A stretch of DNA of 64,000 bases from the NCBI GenBank assembly GCA_025603075.1, contig MU626276.1, positions 62,001-126,000 of the forward strand, read 5' to 3'. The position numbers and the translations under genes are program-made. Below are positions 22,900-36,968 of this stretch, piece by piece. This DNA comes from Neoconidiobolus thromboides FSU 785 (Eukaryota > Fungi > Entomophthoromycota). Under the pieces are notes generated by a model. That model did no database searches and was not told the DNA's origin. It saw only the letters and a list, made by a program, of their open reading frames with translations. The first letter of the stretch is position 1. Every line of letters begins with the position of its first letter.

Positions 22900-25800
22900 A
22901 TGGAACCTAATGGAGCTTTGAATACCACAGATCCTGATTTGGATTTAAATATCAGAAAAGAAATGAGTAAGGATTCAAAGAGGGCAAGTAAAAAGGAGCG
23001 AGGTGGTAAAAAGAAATCAAAAAGATCATCAGCTTTACCAGCTTTACCAAAACCCCCTTATACTTTGACTAAGTTTAGTGACTTTGTTAAGAATCACATC
23101 AAAGAGATTCACTCCGAGTTACAGAAGTTATTAAGCATGTAAAAAATGATTTAAATTTTAAATTAAATTTGATTTAATTTTAAGAAAATTCTTAGCTTAC
23201 CAAACGAAAAGCATCAAAATAGGAATCAATTATTATTACAGTTTACTTTATGGGTTAAAAAAGAGTCGGCTAAGATTCGAGGTGCTTATCGATATTTGAA
23301 AAAAAGAGGGGAAACTTTAGAAACTTGCCGGGTATAAAATTATATATATTTTGTTAGCTTTAAGTTGATTTTTCTTAGGGTCTTATAACATTATTCCATA
23401 AAGAAAATGCTAAGATCACTAAGTTTTGTCAGGGTATGACTGGAACTTATGACAGCTTTGCTAATGCTAGGTAGAGTTCTATTAAATGGTTATTTTCAAA
23501 ATATTAATCATAATAGAGTTGGTCGCTTTGATGTTCCTGCTGCTCTTGATGTGTTTGAGGGTGGGACTTATAGGACATTTCCTAAAATTGTTGAGGTAAG
23601 TTCAAAACGTTTTAAAATCTAAGTAAAATTAACTTCTTAAAAGGAGAAAATTGTTTCTCCCCCAAAACTTGTTGAAAATGAGGTTCAAAATACGATGAGT
23701 TTGTTAACGGATACTATTTTTATGCGCTATCTGACTAAAGAAGCAATTCCAGAAGATTGGCAAAGTGGGGTTAAAATCGGTATTTTTATATTACAGTTGT
23801 ATTTATATAAAAAGAATTAATAGTTTTTCATAGACTCTGGAAAACTTATCTTTACAAAAAAAGATGTATATGAAGTAAAAAAATAATTTTAACTTTTTAA
23901 CTTTATTTTAAATAATTTAGGTATGTTTAACTTTGCTTGGAACTGGAGAAGATTTACCTTGGCATTTTGTTTATGCAAATATCTTTGTCAAAGGATATGA
24001 TATACCGAAGGATACTGGTATGTGATTAAAAAGTAGGAGAGAGTTTATATTAACCTTTATTTAGAACCTAATCGATTAATGGACCCAAATCAATATTCAA
24101 GATTGGCATATACTTGTCAACAAAAGTTATTACCCGATCATTTAAAAGATCCTATCATCAACCCAATGACTAATCAGGTTGAGCCCTTTCAGCAAGATAC
24201 TGATCCTAAGTTTGAAGCTATTAAAAAGGCTGGGAAAACACCTTATTTAACTTATCTTCGTGATTATTTAAGTAATAGCTTCATTTTTATTTAAAATTGT
24301 TTTTTATTAATATTTTAGATAAATTTGCAATTGATGTTCAGTTTGAGATTTTATGTCTTCAAGTAATTTCCTTATTATTAAATTATTTATTATTTAGCTA
24401 ATGTAATTTTAGACACTGAAAATTTCAAAAACTCGATGGAGCGAACTTTTAAAAGTAGAAATTGATCCTGCCCATACCGTATTAAAACTTAATTATTGGC
24501 AGTAAATTAATTTTATAAATTTAACATTTTTATTAAATTTATTTTAGTAGAGAGGACCCCATTGAATTTGTAAAAGCATATAAACTAGGTAAGCTACTTA
24601 TATTGGTTTTCATATGATTTAATTCAAGATAAAAATAAGATAACCCACAGTGTCTTCAAATTGAAAAATCAAAAACAGGAGATATGGTGCTCCAAGTAAA
24701 TTGGACAGGATCTTCAGTACAAACACTTTGTAAGTTGTTGAATGTACAACAATTAGCAAAGATAACAGATGAAGAGAAGCAATTGATATTGAATCCAACC
24801 AGTATTAATGCAGAAGAGTTATTGTTAAAAGTGATACGTGTGCATACTAAACTTATATTATTGAAGTTTCAAGAGTTAATAGTCTCAATGAAGGTAGAAG
24901 ATCCCAGCTTATTTGCTAAAAGATTGACTGATGAAGATGTATTCCTTGAAGAAAAAGAAGCACTCTATTTGTCAATCAACTATTCATCCCATAGAAAATT
25001 AAAATTAAGTTTAGACCCACGTAATGGAAGGTCTAGAATTTATTTAATTAATGAAAAAAACGAGGAAGTAAGAGTTAAAGAATTGGAAAAAGCAATTGAT
25101 TCTTCACCAATAAAGATAGGAGAAGAATTATTAAAGTGGAGATTATCAGTAATAATAATAATAATACATTATTAAATATTTGTATATTTAATTACGTTTT
25201 ATTTATTAGAGAGTTGTTGATGACATTAAATTCATGTCAGGCTATCATAGCTTTAGTTTTACAGATTCCTTATTTATGGATCCAACAGGTAATTTAGTTA
25301 TAAAGCAATATGATATTAGTGTAATAATGATAAAATTTTCATAGATGGAATTAAATTCGGAAATCACTTTGAAGGACTTACTTATCTTTTTACACCTCAA
25401 ATTAAAAATCAATTTATTGTCATTGGCTTTTTAAATCAAAAGCTAAAGTTTTATTATATTGGAGTCAAGTAAATTCATCTTTAATTTAATTTTATATTCA
25501 ATAATATTAATAACATATTACTTTTTACTAGGCCAACACAAACTTTCCTTTCTTTAAGTTTTATGGTCCCAATCAATCAGGATATTAAAAGAATATTTGA
25601 AAATGTGAATTATTTAGATCAAACAGAATTGATTATTAAATATACACAAAGGTATTACTATTAATTTATTATAAACTATAGTAAATTAAACTAATATTCA
25701 TCAAGCGATTCTAATATTAAAAATGATTTAATGGGGGCTTTGGTTAGAATATCACATGCCCATTATTTATCTTCATCAATTGGGGTACAATTGAATCAAA

Positions 25801-28029
25801 TTTCAGTCAAAAGGTTTATTTCATTACCATTATTTCCACCACCAAGAGCCACCATCAATGGCCACGACTTAGCTATGCCTTATCCCATTCCACCATCTCT
25901 TCTTTCATTTAATGTAAAAAATGAATTTAATAACTCAACTCATAACAATATTACTCAGATCTATAACATCCATTGTGATGATTTAAATAATGCTCTCAAA
26001 ATAACTGCACCCTATGTTAAAGGTCCAATCTGTGTTTTTGCAGCTTCAAATTATTTAAGTTGGGTCGCATTTACATGTGAACTTGATGCTGATTTTGCAG
26101 AGGTTTATTATCAAAAAGCAGAGAAAACAGATCGATGGAGATTAGATGAGATGGACTTTATGAAAGAAAGAATAAGCTTTAAAAGGTATTTTCTTACCTT
26201 TGTTTATCAAGAATTTAGTACCTGCTTGACCGATTTTTGTGATGATTGGAAAGCATTCACATTTGCTTCTAATTTCTATTTGGAAGCTCATCTCATTAAG
26301 CTACATCTTCTCTCTATGAAGATAAAATCCTTTAGTTTAGACTGCTTGACTATCTCCTATCATCAATACTATTCACTCACAGTAGGGTGGGGATACCCGG
26401 ATGATCTATCGGTTGGTGAAAAGAAGCCAAAATTAAGAGTCCTTTTACATTCAGAGCATCCACAAAATGTTCGTAATCCTCATCTCCGTATTCAATTTCA
26501 ACTTGAATCTTTATTTAATCAAACCTTATCATTAACTAAATTGCTACATGAAATCTATTTAACTTTACCGGTGCTCAGTTCACTTGATGAATATGAAAAG
26601 AGGATGTTAAGGGGAGTCAATATCATTCCAAAATCATGTAATGCATTTAGATTGATTTATTCACCATCTTATTCTATCAATGTTGAAATTATTTCACAAA
26701 CTAAAGTAAGAATCAGTGATGGCTCCATTTTTGTTGATCCCAAACGTGCTCCACCAACACCATGGAATTCAAAGCCAGTTAATATTAGTAAAAAAAGTAC
26801 TGATGACGGTAAAAAAGCTGAAGAACAGAAGAATCAACCCCCTTTAAGAGCAAACTCTTTAAACATTCACCCAGAACATATCCCTTATTTCAAAGTGTTT
26901 TCTAGTGCTTTACCATATTTATTGGAAAAGAGCATAGCCAATAACCCTGGGTTTCATCCCTTTAATCATAATGACAATGCTGTCATTTGTAGTGCCCATC
27001 TGATTGCAGATATACTTAGAGCTCTTGATTGGGTGTTTACTTTATATTCTACATTTCAAAGTGCTTATCGCACAAATCCTAACCAGGATCCTAATAAAAT
27101 CCCTGCTTTTACGGCTGAAGAAGAATATAATTATACATATATATCAAACGTCGGGACATGGGCCATTAAAGCAAAAGAGCATTTAAGCACAGTGGAGTGT
27201 GAAGCTCTTTCACTTGAACCATCGGATAAAAGCTCACGTAAGCTTGCACATAACCTCTGCGATATATTTTTGGGTTACCTTAATAGAAGGGTATTTAATT
27301 AAAATATGTTTTAAAAAAGAACTACTAATTTTTTAGTTAAATGTAGGGGTACAACTAATCCATGGACGTTTTAATTCAGCCATGGTAGCTACATATTTAC
27401 CGTTGGAATTGATTGAGGACTTAGTGGAATGTATTAATATAATTGATGTAAATTTATTATTATATTTAAGTATATAAATAATAAATTTACTAATAAAAAT
27501 ATAGAAATCGGGGCCTTATGAGCAGCTCACTGGTAATTTAGAATGGTTTTTAACGGTTCCTGGGGCCATTCCACATCCTTTTTTTAAAGCATTTAAACCT
27601 AACGTACAAGCATGTGTATTGTATAAGAACGTAAATATTGTAAAACTTTTGGTAAACCAATATTCTATCAAACTTAAGCTTAATATTAAGGAATTTTTAG
27701 TTTTATATTGAAAGAGAGAATGTGAGATTATATATACCTTTAGAGTATGACTTGAATAAGAATAATTTGAAGGTTTCTAGTTCACCTACATATAGGGACC
27801 CTGTTATTAATGATACTGAAGCAGTAGCATTGGTATTTTACTTCTTAATTTTAAAGGTTGTTGACTAATTTTGTATTTTTAGTTCAGTGCTCTTTGGGCT
27901 CTTTTGGAACGTTTTAATTTAGACATAGGGGAAGAAAAGAGTATGGTAGTTTCAAAGTTTTTGAAGCACTTATTTGATATTCCAATGGAAAATTTCAAAG
28001 GTCTTATTCCTACAATTAATCGATCTTAA
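22900..28029 (+). CDS. MED14: Mediator subunit 14 (Rgr1), multi-exon
   Basis: RFDVPAALDVFEGGTYRTFPK and LTLLG...LPW motifs of the Med14 N-terminal domain; many short introns; large exon ORF 25731-27302. Confidence 0.75.
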
Positions 28030-28517
28030 TTATGAATGAAATCGGATTAGCTACAAAAAAGTTGGTTAAAAAAGTTAGCTTTAAATCAATAGTCATATTT
28101 ATCAAAGATGTCAAAAGCTTTTTTTAATACTGCAATTATTATGAGGAGGCTTTAAAGCCCCTCTTTTTATCATGCTTATTAACTTTGCTTCAGGTATATA
28201 TACTTATAGAATCTCCTGCTTTGTATACTCTTAAAAAATAAATTAAAAAATAGGCCTCTTGAAGTTGAAATGTTTTGAGTTTTTTAAAAAAAAATTATGC
28301 TATAAATTAATGCAAACTACTATTCTTTAGATAGTCAGATATAGTTTAGTAATAAGTTGACTATAATGGAGAGTATTTTCAAAACAATGAAAGTTGTGAT
28401 GGAAGGTATATTGTATATTAATTGGATTATTTGTGATGATGGAAAGATTTAGATGCTAGGGGTTTAATACAAATTATAGTTTAAAATAGTGATTGTTTTA
28501 GCATACAAAGTATCATG

Positions 28518-28620
28518 ATTTAGGAGTATTTTTTGACTTCATTATTTTTTCCATTTTTTAAACCCTATTTAAGCAGAAAAATTTTAGTAAGATTCTTAAA
28601 CACAAAAATACATCTCCATT
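28518..28620 (-). mobile_element. MITE-like element, copy 3
   Basis: GGAGTATTTTTTGACTTCATTATT...TTCTTAAACACAAAAATACATCTCCAT. Confidence 0.8.
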
Positions 28621-28915
28621 TGCTAAAGAAATTAGTAAAACATTTTTATTTATTAATTGTACTGAAAATTAGTTTGTTTAAATGTAGATAAAGAAAAAAA
28701 TAAGACATGTCAAAATCAAAATTACTGAAATTAATATTATGATTTTCTTTGATTATTTTATTTTATATCATTTTTAATAAAAGAAAGCAAGGAAACTATT
28801 AATATTAAAATAAGGGATATGATAAAAATGTTCTATAGTTATAAAAACTACAAACAGATACTATAAAATAGTTCAATATTTCAATTGTAAAATGTTAGGT
28901 TTTTAACTTTTTATC

Positions 28916-28999
28916 ATATGAGGTGTTTTTTTCCTTTTATTACTTCTTTCATTTTTTAAACACTATTTGAGTAAAAAAATTGCTAATAAAACTCTTAGA
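28916..28999 (-). mobile_element. MITE-like element, copy 4 (truncated/diverged)
   Basis: ATATGAGGTGTTTTTT...AAACACTATTTGAG...TAATAAAACTCTTA; the far terminus is missing. Confidence 0.6.
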
Positions 29000-29026
29000 G
29001 TGCACATTTTTGAGATAAAAGGGAAA

Positions 29027-29130
29027 ATATTAGGGCTGTATTTTTTTATTTAAGAATTTTACTAGCAGTCTTTTCGTTTAAATGGTGCTTAAAAAATGAA
29101 AGTGATGAAACCAGAAAAAATATCCCCATT
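29027..29130 (+). mobile_element. MITE-like element, copy 5
   Basis: GGGCTGTATTTTTTTATTTAAGAATTTT-ACTAG...GTGCTTAAAAAATG...AAAAAATATCCCCAT. Confidence 0.75.
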
Positions 29131-30245
29131 AATAAAAATAACTTAGCATTTAAATATCGGTAGTGCTTAACTTTTATAATTTTATCTTTTTTTAAAATAT
29201 GTTTGAAGATTTTCATAAAAATAAAAATAAAAATAAAAATAAAAATAAATTTTCTAAAAACTTAACGCTTTAATAACAATAACTATTGAGAAAAAACTAG
29301 AGTAATTACTACATTTATTTTGTTTTTTGTAACTAAGCTCTATTTTATAGAAATACTTAAAAGACTCTATTGGACTTCGAGATGGCTTGTTGATGAATAC
29401 AATAAATAAGAAATAAGGGATACTGGTAAAGAAGCTGTAATAGGATTTATCTAAGATAAAAAATATAAAAGTTCCTACTTAAAAACTTACTAATAATTTT
29501 AAATTTCAAGTTGTAAAAAGTGAATAAATATTGAAACAGAAAATAACATTCTCATGTTTTGCAAATTAAAATTACAAATTTACAGTTAACTGTAGTTGAT
29601 AATGATAATAATATTGTATAGATATTGCTTAAATCCTAAAATATCAATAATTAAAAAGGATCAATGTTCACATTAAACAAAAAGAGGCGAAAGGAGCAAT
29701 TGAAAATAACAATTAGCAAGAAAAATATTGAAATAGCTTAAAAAGGGAACTTAACGAGCAAAAAAAACTAAGATAAAAACCGTTAGTTTAAAATTAAACT
29801 AAAGCTCAAAGTAGAAAGGTTTAAAATAGTGATGCAAGAGAGAGTATTTTTTGGAGATCAAAAATAGAAAGAGAGAGATTAAGAAGAGAGAGAAAGAGGA
29901 AGTAAAGATTGAATTAAATATTTTATTAGATGGAATGAAATTTTAAATTAACTTTTTAAAAGAAAATGAAATGAAAGAGAAAACTTAAATAAATCATTCA
30001 ATATTAAGAATGCTAATAAAAACTCGAGTTATACGAATAAGAATTAAATGGTTAATGATATTTAATAGTTTAATTCCTTAATTGATATCATTTTTATTAT
30101 TTCATTTGTTATTTATAATATATAAATATACGCCAATTTCCTTTTCTTATACCTCTTTATTTTTTGTTAGAAAAAGCAATATATATTTAATTTCATTATT
30201 TTAGTTTATATCGTTTGAAAAATTTTATTTAAAAAAGAGACATAG

Positions 30246-31370
30246 ATGATTGTAAAAATAATATACATTTTACTTTTATGCTTATTGAAAGTAGCTACTG
30301 ATAAAATCATAGATGAGAGTAGCAATAATAAAATAAATGATGGTGTGCGGAAGCCTAATGTTGTTGGTGGAGAAGAGGTCAAACCAGCATTTAAATACCC
30401 ATGGATAGTATCGTTACAATGGAAAGGTAGCCATGTGTGTGGAGGAACAATGATAAAAAATAATTTAGTATTGACAGCAGCGCATTGTAGTACTGGGAAT
30501 CAAAATGATTTTTCAGTTGCTATACATAGACATAATTTATCTAAAACCATGAAAGAAGAAAAATCGCAATCTTTTAAAATTCTAAAACGTTATGTTCATG
30601 AAAATTATAATACAATTACCAATTTTAATGATGCTGCTATCTGGAAGTTAAGTGGTAAATACGAAGGTGATTTTGAACCAATTCTATTCGATAATGGTGA
30701 AGGTTCTATTGCTGGTGATAGCGTTTTTGGGATTGGTTGGGGTAGATTGAAGGTAGATGGACCATTATCAAATGTTTTAATGGAAGTTGAAATGCCAGTA
30801 ACAGAGCCAAAAAAATGTATTGATATTATGAAAGAACAAGGTTATACTATATCTTCAGATATACAAGTATGTGCCGGGTTACCCGAAGGTGGTAAAGGTA
30901 ATAAACACAATCAAATAAATTTAGTAATTGGAGATTAACTTTATTTCAATAGATACTTGCCAAGGGGATAGTGGGGGACCATTGATATCAAAGAAAGGAG
31001 GAAAAATGATCTTAGTAGGAATCACATCCTTTGGTATATCATGTGCTTTACCAAACTTGCCAGGAGTAATTTTAGTATTATTAAAAATGGGAATAACTTA
31101 TAAAAATTATTTTAGATTTATACCAAAGTTAAAGGAATTGTGCCATGGATAGAAGGAAAGATCAAAGAAGCGGAAAGTTTTAATGATAATGAAGAAGTTG
31201 AATCAATAGAAGATAAAAATGAGATGAAATTAACAAAAGTTAGTTATAGTCAAGCTAGCCCAAATCCTACTATGATTAATCATTCGCCTATACCTTCTAA
31301 ACGAGAAATTAATAATAATTTTTATAACATTTATAATAACAATGGCAATAATAATAGTAACTATTATTAA
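30246..31370 (+). CDS. Secreted trypsin-like serine protease (S1A), 3 exons, with C-terminal extension
   Basis: Signal peptide, PN|VVGG activation site, CGG, LTAAHC, DAAI and [10 protein letters not shown] (Asp S1 pocket); introns ~30898-30951 and ~31066-31114. Confidence 0.95.
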
Positions 31371-31748
31371 GTATTTAAAGTTATAAACTTAATTAATTTT
31401 TAATAATAACAATAAACATAAGCTAATTTACTTTTATTCTTCATTTAATTTCACTACAATTATTTGATATTAGCTAACAGTAATTCCAAACATATAATCC
31501 CATTTAAGTTCAAAAATATTGTACCAGCAGTAGTATTAATTATAACAATGTAATATTATTTTATTGTTATTAATGATTATGGCGCTTTTAAACTATAGGT
31601 GAATATTTGATATTAAAAGTTACTAGTAAATTATATATTCAAAATTATTTATAACATCTGATTAAAGCTTAAATAATTTTTTCTAATGTGTCACTAATGA
31701 AAGATCAAAAGTCCCATCTTTGTGAGCAGATTTATTTAAAATTTTAAG

Positions 31749-31851
31749 ATATGGGGATATATTTTTCTGTCTAAGAATTTCGCTAATAATCTTTCTGCTT
31801 AAATAGTGTTTAAAAAACGGAAAAAGTGAAGTCAAAAGAAACACCCCATAT
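31749..31851 (+). mobile_element. MITE-like element, copy 6
   Basis: ATATGGGGATATATTTTT...GCTTAAATAGTGTTTAAAAAACGGAAAAA...AAACACCCCATAT. Confidence 0.8.
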
Positions 31852-32108
31852 ATTAAGATCTGCTTTATACTATATTTTCAATCTACTACAGTCATCTTAA
31901 AATAAAATTGAACAAGTTATTTTAAATTTCTTTAAATAAAATCTAGGGCAAAAATAAGCAAAATGTAAAATATGATATAAATTAAAATCTAATCAAAACT
32001 ACACTAACTTTACAATATTAAATTTTGCACACTTTCTTTCGATTAATTTTCAAAAGTATACATATTGTTCAAATTTTCCTTGAAATGGCGTGATGGGTCA
32101 AAAATATT

Positions 32109-32213
32109 ATATGGGGGTGTTTTTTTTGATTTCATTATTTCTATTTTTTTAAACACTATTTGAGTGGAAAAATTGTTAGTAAAATTCTTAAACAGAAAAA
32201 AACATCCCCATGT
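32109..32213 (-). mobile_element. MITE-like element, copy 7
   Basis: ATATGGGGGTGTTTTTTTTGA...GTTAGTAAAATTCTTAAAC...ACATCCCCATGT. Confidence 0.8.
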
Positions 32214-34272
32214 TTATTTAGCACAATTAAAGACCCTGGAGTTGCTCTATCTTTTTAAAATAGCTATTTTAAGTGATCGGTAATTTGGAAAGATGGTATC
32301 TCTTGTCTTTTGAGCATCTTGTTATAATTATTAAAGGCTTTAGAGCTGTTATTGAATATTTCAATCATTAATCATGTATTCAGCTTAATAAACATTTAAC
32401 TGCAAAGCAATAAAAATTAAAAAAATACGTTAAGTTGTATTTGAAGCTATTATTTTCTATAGAAATATCTCTAGTTTTTATGGTCTTTTTTAATAGTTTA
32501 TTTTAAAAAGCAATTAATATTAATAGTATCAATGAAATAAGGGTTGATGTGTTCGATTGAAAAATGTATTACTCTTTTAAGTGAAGCTTTAAATTTTACT
32601 TATTTTACACGATATAAATAACATGTGTCATTTTCTAAGCTCCGATTCCATAGCAATAGAACAAAAATACAATGGAAAGCTATTAATACAATGATAAGCT
32701 ATGAATTTTTAAATAACATGGGTTGGTTTGAACCTAAATTTCATTTTTTAAATTTTATTTACACTTTTGAAAACTGAAAACCTATAACTTGTCCTTCTTT
32801 GCTTAGTTTTGAAATTAGTCATAAAATCAAACTGGTGCTTTTTATATTTTAATGTTGCTCGGGTCTTTAAATTTACCCACGCAACGAAATTATATTCAAA
32901 ACACATTTATGAACTAATAGTTATATTCAGTTTTACGTTGAATCGTATTTTGATGATATATGCCTCTAATCCTAGCATTTGTGTTATTAAACTAAATATA
33001 TTAATATATTGCAATCAAACTAATTTTCCGAAGAGAGATTTTAAATTGCAAGTTTGATAATGGTAAAAACCAAGTCACTTGTTTTAGTAGACAAAAGTTT
33101 ATTTTTAACTTTAGTATAATCGAAAAGATCTAAAAATAAAATTTATTTAACTCAAAACTACCCTGTCTAGGTTAATCCCTACCTGTTGCAAGAGATACAC
33201 ACAAGTATATTTATCCTAAAATAGAATTATATTATATTTTAATTATTTGAATCATAGTTTGTGACTATCCTAAGTTATGAACTATAATTTATTAAAAATA
33301 ACAATGCATAAAACCTTTATTAAATAAAAAGAGGTGCATTTATTTTACTATAGCTATTCGGTATTGTTTTCATGAACTGTAGCTTTTTAACTTATAAAAT
33401 TAAATAAATGCTTTCATATAAGGTTTGATATACTAATTTATTAACTACAGTTAATAAAAGTTAGTTTTACAATATCAAATAATAAATAATAAATGAATTC
33501 TATTATATTCTGTAAATTTAACTAACAAAATTTAAATATTACCAGATTTATCTTACAATACCAAAATTAATTAAATAATTAAATTACAATGTTCTAATTG
33601 AGGATGTTTTCAGGTTACAGGTAATTTATTTACCAATTAAATAAATCTAAGAATTTACCCATTAAACATGATACCACAGAATATTAACTAGTTATCTACC
33701 TTTGTGATTGGTCACATTAATATTAAAGGTATAAATATATTAATATTAAAAAGACAATAATGCTCTGTACATTTTATATATGTATTGCCTTAATACATGT
33801 CTTTAAGTACATTTGACAAATATTAAATTTAGCATTCGCCAAGATCATCTCATACATTAATATCCAATCATAGCTTTCAAATGCTTTATCTCTAACTTTT
33901 GATAAGCCTCATCTAAATTTATTTTAAATCCTTTTTAGGACTTCAATTTTAGGTTCCTTTAAACCATAACAAATCATGTCTGTCCAATTAAAGTAAGTTA
34001 ATCTCAGTTGCAACGATAACAAAAATAGAATCGAGACCAAAAATAACTTTTGTATTTATTCAATACTATTTTTAAACCTAATATTTTAATTTTGACCATT
34101 ATTAATTAGCAATTTATTTCAAGCGTTTTACTCTTTTAATTAAATTATTTATTACTTTGTTTTAAATTTTACTTTTTATCTTTCTCTATCCAAAAATAAG
34201 AGCTATACAAGGCTTTTACTTTTGTTTATTTCTTAGTATATAGTTTAATAAACAAACATAACAATACTACAT

Positions 34273-35523
34273 ATGCCTAGGCCAAAGCAATCTACTCAAG
34301 TATCTCACTATAGCTATGATGAAGACGAAGATGTCCCTCTTTCCTCAATCAAAGCAACTATCCTTCCACCAAACCCAGAAATGAGGCGTAACGGTGCCAA
34401 GCACAATGTCAAAGCAAGTCCAAATAAAATTAGGAATTTTCAAAATGGACTTCAGCATGCAGTTTCACCTCCCTTCCAATATCAAGCTAATCACTCTGAT
34501 CCATCTTCAAATCGCTCTTCGTCTACTTACCTTGGATCTGGATCTCATATATCTTCAAATAGGTCATCTTCAACTTTTCAACTTAATGATGTAAGTCCCA
34601 ATCCCAGACGTTCTGGTAGAAATACACCTTCATCTGAAAGCGTTTATAATGAACATAGTCCACAGCCTCTTCTTAACATTAAAACCAAATCAAAATCAAC
34701 TTTCAATTTGACATCGGAGTCTAATTTGGATATAAAAGAAACTACAACAAAAACAAGTAAAAAGAAAGGTTTTAGTAAGTCTTTGATATTATTAATCTAA
34801 GCTAAAGTGCTTATTACTTTTACTTTAGGTTTCTTTGGACTATTTAAAAGGAACAGAAAGAAAGATGCAGCTATTGAAGAGCATGTAACGCAAAGTGAGC
34901 CAGAGACTATAAAAGATACTAGGTCAGCAGCAGATATACGCGCCGAAGAGGTAAAAAAGATGCATGATAATGAATTTGCCAAACTTCGTCGTCAAAGGGA
35001 AAAGGAAAAAACGCTTAGTTTCTATGATATGCTTCCAAATAATCAACAAAATATGCTTCCAAACACCCAACAAAATATTCACCCACCCCGTCATGCTCCC
35101 TCTCCCCAGCATAGTATGAATTATTCACAAATGCATTATGGCAACCCTCCACAACAAATGATCAATGGTAATAATCATTTCTCTCCTCCTCCACCTGTTC
35201 CAAGGATAAGATCAGCTTCCACTAACAACGTATCACAGTATGGACAAAGACCTATTTCACAATTCAGCCGTGGGTATCACGGAGGACAATACGATTTAAT
35301 GCAACAAAATCAACGCTCCAGCTCTTACGTTTCAAACCATAGTCCAGGGTTTGCCAGTAGTGAAACTTTAAGTACACAATATTCTCGAAGCATTGCACCA
35401 TCACCCTTGATACCTCATCAAAGTCCGGGACGTAATTCATATTATCATTCACCACCAGTTATGGGGCACAAAAGTCAATCGTATCACCATCAAAAGCAAC
35501 CTAATTATATGAATCGTATATAA
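34273..35523 (+). CDS. Hypothetical intrinsically disordered S/P/Q-rich protein (2 exons)
   Basis: Phase-1 intron 34775-34828 joins the two ORFs in frame; KKKGFSFFGLFKRNRKK and PPPPVPR motifs. Confidence 0.75.
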
Positions 35524-36968
35524 CTTCACAAAACTAACGCTTAATTTTCATTTTTACAAAATAATCTATTATTGAAGATTTGTTCGAGTATTATCATAAT
35601 AAATCCATTGTTATAATATTTTACAGATTTTTAATTAGAGTTTTTGATTATAAACTTTGGTGTTGGATTAACTCATAATAACTATTTTAATGTTCTTCAA
35701 TATTTAATAAAATGCTATAGATTGTATATTTTGTAAGCAGATTTTTTACACTATTTTAATATAATAGACTGTAGTATTTTTTAATAGATTAAATTAACTA
35801 GTTAATTTTTATAGTATTTTTCATTTATAATCATTATGTAAAGTTCGATTTATAAAAAAATGTGTAAAAGTTCTTTTTAGAATTCATTATTGAGTGTTTT
35901 ATCCCTTAAATCCCAAATACCAGCTAATCGTATCTTTTTCTAAATTTGGTAAATAAAAAGTTAAATAAGAGTAATAGAATAAATATAGGTTATATGTAGT
36001 GGTGCTAATATAACTGTTTAAACTTTCATTTATTTATTTATTTTATCTTTCAACAACAAATATAACAATTATACAAAATTGCCATTTAAAAGCATAATTA
36101 TCAATTTTAGCAAAAGTCGCTTAAATTAAACAGGCTATTGATTATGGGGACTCCACATGGTAGAAATTAAGTTTTATTATTGTTTAGTTTTATACAAAAG
36201 TTAGCTAAACTATTATTATTATAATCCAACGTTACAGCTTTATCAGTCTTAGTTTATTTAAGAACCTTTAGTGCCACTTATAAACTCAGAGCTAATCTAC
36301 AAAGTTAGTTTAAGCATGTTTTAAACATATGGGTCATCATTTTATAAAAATATTTTTTATATTAATGTTAGTTGATTGGAAGCTTACCAAAACTTTGGAT
36401 TGGGATCAGTATTCAAGATTTTATTATATACTCCAGTGTCTATTTTTTAAAAACAATAGCAAAAAGTTTTATTTGTAATAACTGTTTAATAGTTACTTTT
36501 ATGTACTTCTTGAATAGCCTATTATAGTAAGCTAAGGTTGGTAGTTTTTAAATGCTTTTATTTCTTTTAAATACTATACCGCTTTTATTTTAAAATCCTT
36601 GTATTATATTTCCTTATTATAAATTCTATGTTAACTAATTCTCATTATATTTGAGCTATATTTCTAAATGAAAGTTTTAACTCTATAAATTTTCACAATT
36701 ATTAAATTTCAAACTTTTATAAATATACTAGTTTATTAAATATTTTAAATGTGATATTCTAATATGATTGTGTATTTTATGTTTAAATTTCCCTACTTTT
36801 ATAACCTTCTTGAATCCTAATTCACAATTATGATACTTCAAAAATATCAAAAAAATTATTCAATATTCATTTAATATAATCTTAAACTTATACCTTATAA
36901 TAATAAATAATTTTTAAAATAACATAATTAAAACTAGGAGAAATGATATATACTAAGAATATAACATC

